Shown here: positions 60,618-64,000 of the stretch, one piece after another
How positions within the stretch are numbered: position 1 is the stretch's first letter
How the letters are laid out: each line of letters starts with the position of its first letter
From: an uncultured Nitrospinota bacterium
GTDB taxonomy: Bacteria; Tectomicrobia; Entotheonellia; J063; CAVPRW01
NCBI GenBank assembly: GCA_963707985.1
Contig: CAVPRW010000015.1
Span: 96,001 to 160,000, forward strand
Direction: 5' to 3'
DNA: 64,000 bases
Program-made: the position numbers and the translations under genes
Notes under the pieces: generated by a model
What the model was told of the DNA's origin: nothing
Seen by the model: the letters and a program-made list of their open reading frames with translations, nothing else
The model's database searches: none

Positions 60618-62109
60618 CATAGGTGTCCACATAAGCCAACTCCATAGGTAATCGGGATCTGGGTCCCTGCCTTGACTACAGCATTGCCGCATGTTCTACT
60701 CTTCCCTATGGGTTCGGCGGCAGGCTAGAAGCTCGCGGCAGAGACCGGAGGGACGCCACATGACAGGCGAGGATGTACGCCACGTGTTCGAAGCGATGTT
60801 GCCCCAGGATGAGATCGACCGCCTCTGTGTGCAGTGTGGCGTCATCGAGCGACAACGCAAACTGCATCTGGGGATGTTGGTCCGGGCCATGGTCATCTCG
60901 GCAGGGACGCCAGGCGGAGCCTATCAGGCCGATGTCCTGCGGTCCTATCTGGAGGGTGAGGTGCCCCGGGTGGCGCGCTCGGCCTTCTATCGGTGGTTCG
61001 ACGAGCCCCTCGAACGGTTCATGACGGCCCTGGCCGAACGCGCCATTGCCTATGCCCGGGCGCAGCCAGGTCGATCCGTCGGGACCGCTGTGTGGCGTGC
61101 AGGATTGGTCTAGCGTCGATGCCACGACCGTCCGGGTCCGCGATGCCTTGCGGGAGGAATTTCCCGGCACTGGGGAGTACGCGGCGATCAAGGTGCATAC
61201 AGTTCTCGCCGTGGGCTGCGGAGCACCAGTGCGGTAACATTTTAGCCCCGCCCGCGCGCATGATAGCCGGCATCTCACGATCGATGCGTCCTGGCAGGGC
61301 TACGGCCTGCTCGCCGACCTTGGATATGCGGGTATTGAGCGCCGCCGCGCCTGTGACGCCCACGGCGTGCGCGTGGTCATCCCCGCAAAGACAACTTGAA
61401 GCCGACAGTCGACGAGATTGCCCGAGGACAGGGGAGCCCAGGCCTTCTTACCTGGCACCGCCCTCGACGCCCTCCGCGCGGATGAAACCCTGTGCTCGAT
61501 GGCCGTGCATTGATGCCGATGTCCATATCGGCGGAAGTAAACACCCGCTGCCCCTTCGCCTAGTGGAGGTCCATACCCCGAAGGGCTATTGTTTTTTCCC
61601 GACGAATCTGCCGCCTCGGATCGGCCCGCGGCAGGTCGCTGACCTCTACCGCGTGCGTTGGGAGGTCGAACTGAGCATCAGATTAGACAAGTCGGTGCAC
61701 CGGCTGGACACGGTTGATTCCGAGCGGCCATGCTCCCTGAAGACGCTCCTGCAGGCCTCGCTCATCGCCTCGACCATCGCCGCTCTCCTCGCGCACACGC
61801 ACAATCTACAGACTCGTCCACCGCAGGCCGATGCGCCACGCACGGAGGCACCGCTCCACCCCAGGCGCCTCGCTTTGCAGCGGGCTGTGTCTTGTCAGTC
61901 CATCGCCCAAGCCTTCGACCTGCAGGGGGCCGAGGCCATGCAGCGCTGGGACAGGATCGCGGCACTTCTCACCCATTCGGGCACTGATCCCAACTGGCGC
62001 CGTCGGCCTTCGGTCTTCGATCAGTTACGGGGCTGGAAGCGTCAGTCCGTGGTTCGAAAACAAACCAAGCGACCCAACTTGAAGGCCGTGGCTTAAGTGG
62101 ACACCTAGG
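60618..62109 (+). mobile_element. IS4-family insertion sequence, transposase inactivated
   Basis: 20-bp terminal IRs with 2 mismatches (60618-60637 / 62090-62109); fragments VDATTVR, LADLGY, LYRVRWEVE in several frames. Confidence 0.88.
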
Positions 62110-62157
62110 GGTGATGTGTATTCGGCACGGCGATGACACAAGCTGAGGTACGCCGCA

Positions 62158-62928
62158 ATGAAGCATGAACGTGGGAGCCAGGTCGAAGAGCCACGATTCA
62201 CGGGCCTACTGCCAGGACTCAATGGGGTGGAAACCTGCCTGACGCTCTCGGAGGAATACGGCGACCTCTTCGGGGGACGGAAGCTTATGGAACGAGAGCG
62301 GGTCAGGGATATCTTGAGGACACTGAACGAGGCGCAGATCCGCTACGCTATCATCGGCGGAGTGGCGATGGGCTATCATTCCATTCCTCGGGCAACGCAG
62401 GACATCGACGTGCTGGTGAGGCGCGAGGATATCCCACGGGTGCAGCGCCTGCTCCAGCCGTATTATCGCCGTGGAACCGCTGTCGTCATGGTGTTCGATG
62501 TGGAAGGGACACATCTGGATGTGCTGCCGGCAACCCTACGGTACGGGCGTACAGCCATCGATAACGCTGTCGAAGTCATGGTGCACGATATTCCTGCCAA
62601 GGTGGTGTCAGTGCGCGACTTGTTGCTTCTGAAGTTATTTGCTATTCCAGACCGGCCGGCCCTTGAGAAGCGACGTCAGGATGAAGCTGACGTCACCGCG
62701 TTGCTCAGTCAAAACGCCGATACCATCTCTCAGGAAGACATCACTTATCTCGTCCGTACCCTCTTGGGACTGGCATTCACACGCGAAGACGTGGAGAAAT
62801 ATCAGCAGTTGATCACCTGGCTGAATGAAACCCTGGACCTCCTGGGAATGGCTGACCGCCGCTATCAGGAAGGGGAACAAAGCCAGGGCCATCCTTCCCA
62901 TAGTCCCCCACAGCGCTATGCCTCTTAG
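62158..62928 (+). CDS. Nucleotidyltransferase-superfamily protein (AbiEii/DUF6036-like)
   Basis: YAIIGGVAM..PRATQDIDVLV, LLLLK; alternative start ATG 62287. Confidence 0.75.
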   Translation: MKHERGSQVEEPRFTGLLPGLNGVETCLTLSEEYGDLFGGRKLMERERVRDILRTLNEAQIRYAIIGGVAMGYHSIPRATQDIDVLVRREDIPRVQRLLQPYYRRGTAVVMVFDVEGTHLDVLPATLRYGRTAIDNAVEVMVHDIPAKVVSVRDLLLLKLFAIPDRPALEKRRQDEADVTALLSQNADTISQEDITYLVRTLLGLAFTREDVEKYQQLITWLNETLDLLGMADRRYQEGEQSQGHPSHSPPQRYAS

Positions 62929-64000
62929 CCGTCGCACCTTTCTCCGCACCCTTGCTACAGTCGGCGGCGCCGTGCTGGCGAACAGCCTGCTTGTCGCTTG
63001 CGGCAGCAGGGGACCCACGGTCAATGGCGAGGAAGTCGTCAATCTCCTGTGGTCCGACGTCACCAACGCCTATGCTCCCCTGCTGGCAGATATTGCCGAT
63101 GCCACTGGGATCGAGATCATTCAGACCATCGTCCCATACAATCAGCGCCTGGACAAGATCAACACCGCCGTACTCGGTGGCGCCGACGTGGATGTGGTCC
63201 AAATGGACACGGTGTGGACGGCACAGTTCGCCGCGGCAGGCTGGGTGGATGACCTGACCGACCGCATGCCCGAGACGATGACGGCAGATATACCGGCCTC
63301 GGCGCTCAGTGCGGTCATGTATAAAGGCCGAATCTATGGCATTCCCCTCTTCAACAGCGCTCAACATCTGTTCTACAACCAGAGGCTACTCAAAGAGGCT
63401 GGCTTCGACCATCCCCCGACGACACTCGACGAGTTTGTGGTCCAGGCGAGCCAGCTCACCAAGCCAGGCCAATGGGGCTCGATCTGGTCATGGAGGCAAT
63501 CCGAGGCGTTGGTCTGCGATTGGCTATCGATCCTGTTCACGCAAGCGGGCGCACAGTTCCTCGATGACCGCGACCAGGCCGTGTTCAATACGATGGGGGG
63601 CACGGAGGCGCTGCAGTGGATGATACAGCTACTCTATACGCATCGTGGAGCCGATCCGGCATCGCTCGAGTCCACCGAGGACGACGTGCGCAAAGCCCTG
63701 CAGACTGGCATCTACGCCCTCACCTACAATTGGGAAGGGGTATTGCCCGAGGCGAATGACCCGACGAAATCGCCGGCCGCGCCCCATATCCGTGTCGCCT
63801 TATTGCCCGGCGGGAGTGGTGCCAAAAGCGCCAGCGTCAGCGGTGCCGAGGGATGGGCCATTCTGGCCCACTCGAAGCGCAAAGCCGCGGCCTGGAAGCT
63901 ACTTGAGTCCATGGCCAGCCCGGCTTGGCAGACGAAGGCCGCGATCATGACGGGCAATTACCCGATCCTCGCATCACTCTATCACGATCAGACCCTACAG
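62918..64000 (+). CDS. Sugar-type ABC transporter substrate-binding lipoprotein (Tat signal), truncated by the window edge
   Basis: My translation: MPLSRRTFL..LLVAC, DVVQMDTVW, YKGRIYGIP, LFYNQRLLKEAG..PPTTLDE. Confidence 0.88.
   Translation, partial: MPLSRRTFLRTLATVGGAVLANSLLVACGSRGPTVNGEEVVNLLWSDVTNAYAPLLADIADATGIEIIQTIVPYNQRLDKINTAVLGGADVDVVQMDTVWTAQFAAAGWVDDLTDRMPETMTADIPASALSAVMYKGRIYGIPLFNSAQHLFYNQRLLKEAGFDHPPTTLDEFVVQASQLTKPGQWGSIWSWRQSEALVCDWLSILFTQAGAQFLDDRDQAVFNTMGGTEALQWMIQLLYTHRGADPASLESTEDDVRKALQTGIYALTYNWEGVLPEANDPTKSPAAPHIRVALLPGGSGAKSASVSGAEGWAILAHSKRKAAAWKLLESMASPAWQTKAAIMTGNYPILASLYHDQTLQ

Larger units (their letters stand above)
59361..62109. mobile_element. Decayed IS4-type composite transposon with 10-bp target-site duplication
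   Basis: Outer inverted repeats TATAGCTGTCCACTTAAGCC (59361-59380) and GGCTTAAGTGGACACCTAGG (62090-62109); GGTGATGTGT at 59351-59360 and 62110-62119. Confidence 0.85.

Overview
A GC-rich bacterial chromosomal window, probably a long-read or MAG assembly, since several intact-looking genes carry single-base frameshifts. Layout: (1) 1-14.8 kb is a metal-homeostasis region: a znuABC-type ABC importer with a Fur/Zur-like box, a collapsed zrg-like operon, two rhodaneses, a copper operon (cytochrome c/P19-like fusion, copC, copD-cytochrome c-thioredoxin-fold fusion, cusF-like) behind a RAPP-motif leader ORF, and decayed transporter fragments. (2) 15-40 kb is core genome: gpsA, speA, hflKC, an M50-CBS protease, SpoIID, chorismate mutase, an NtrBC-like pair, glmU-glmS-pcrA-gatCAB. 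(3) 40.5-45.8 kb is an integron: intI, attI and four cassettes. The first cassette is an IS91-family HUH transposase, followed by hicBA, a PD-(D/E)XK-like ORF and a beta-barrel ORF; a deleted ghost copy of intI closes the far end. (4) 45.8-59 kb holds molybdo-hydroxylase genes, malate synthase and other metabolic genes. (5) 59.4-62.1 kb is a decayed IS4-type composite transposon with a 10-bp target duplication carrying an AT-rich methyltransferase. The ORF track truncates two probable selenoproteins at in-frame TGA codons: a rhodanese (Y-U-A-C) and a thioredoxin-like protein (U-P-N-C), each followed by a SECIS-like hairpin. Family assignments come from motif recognition by eye; no database searches were run.
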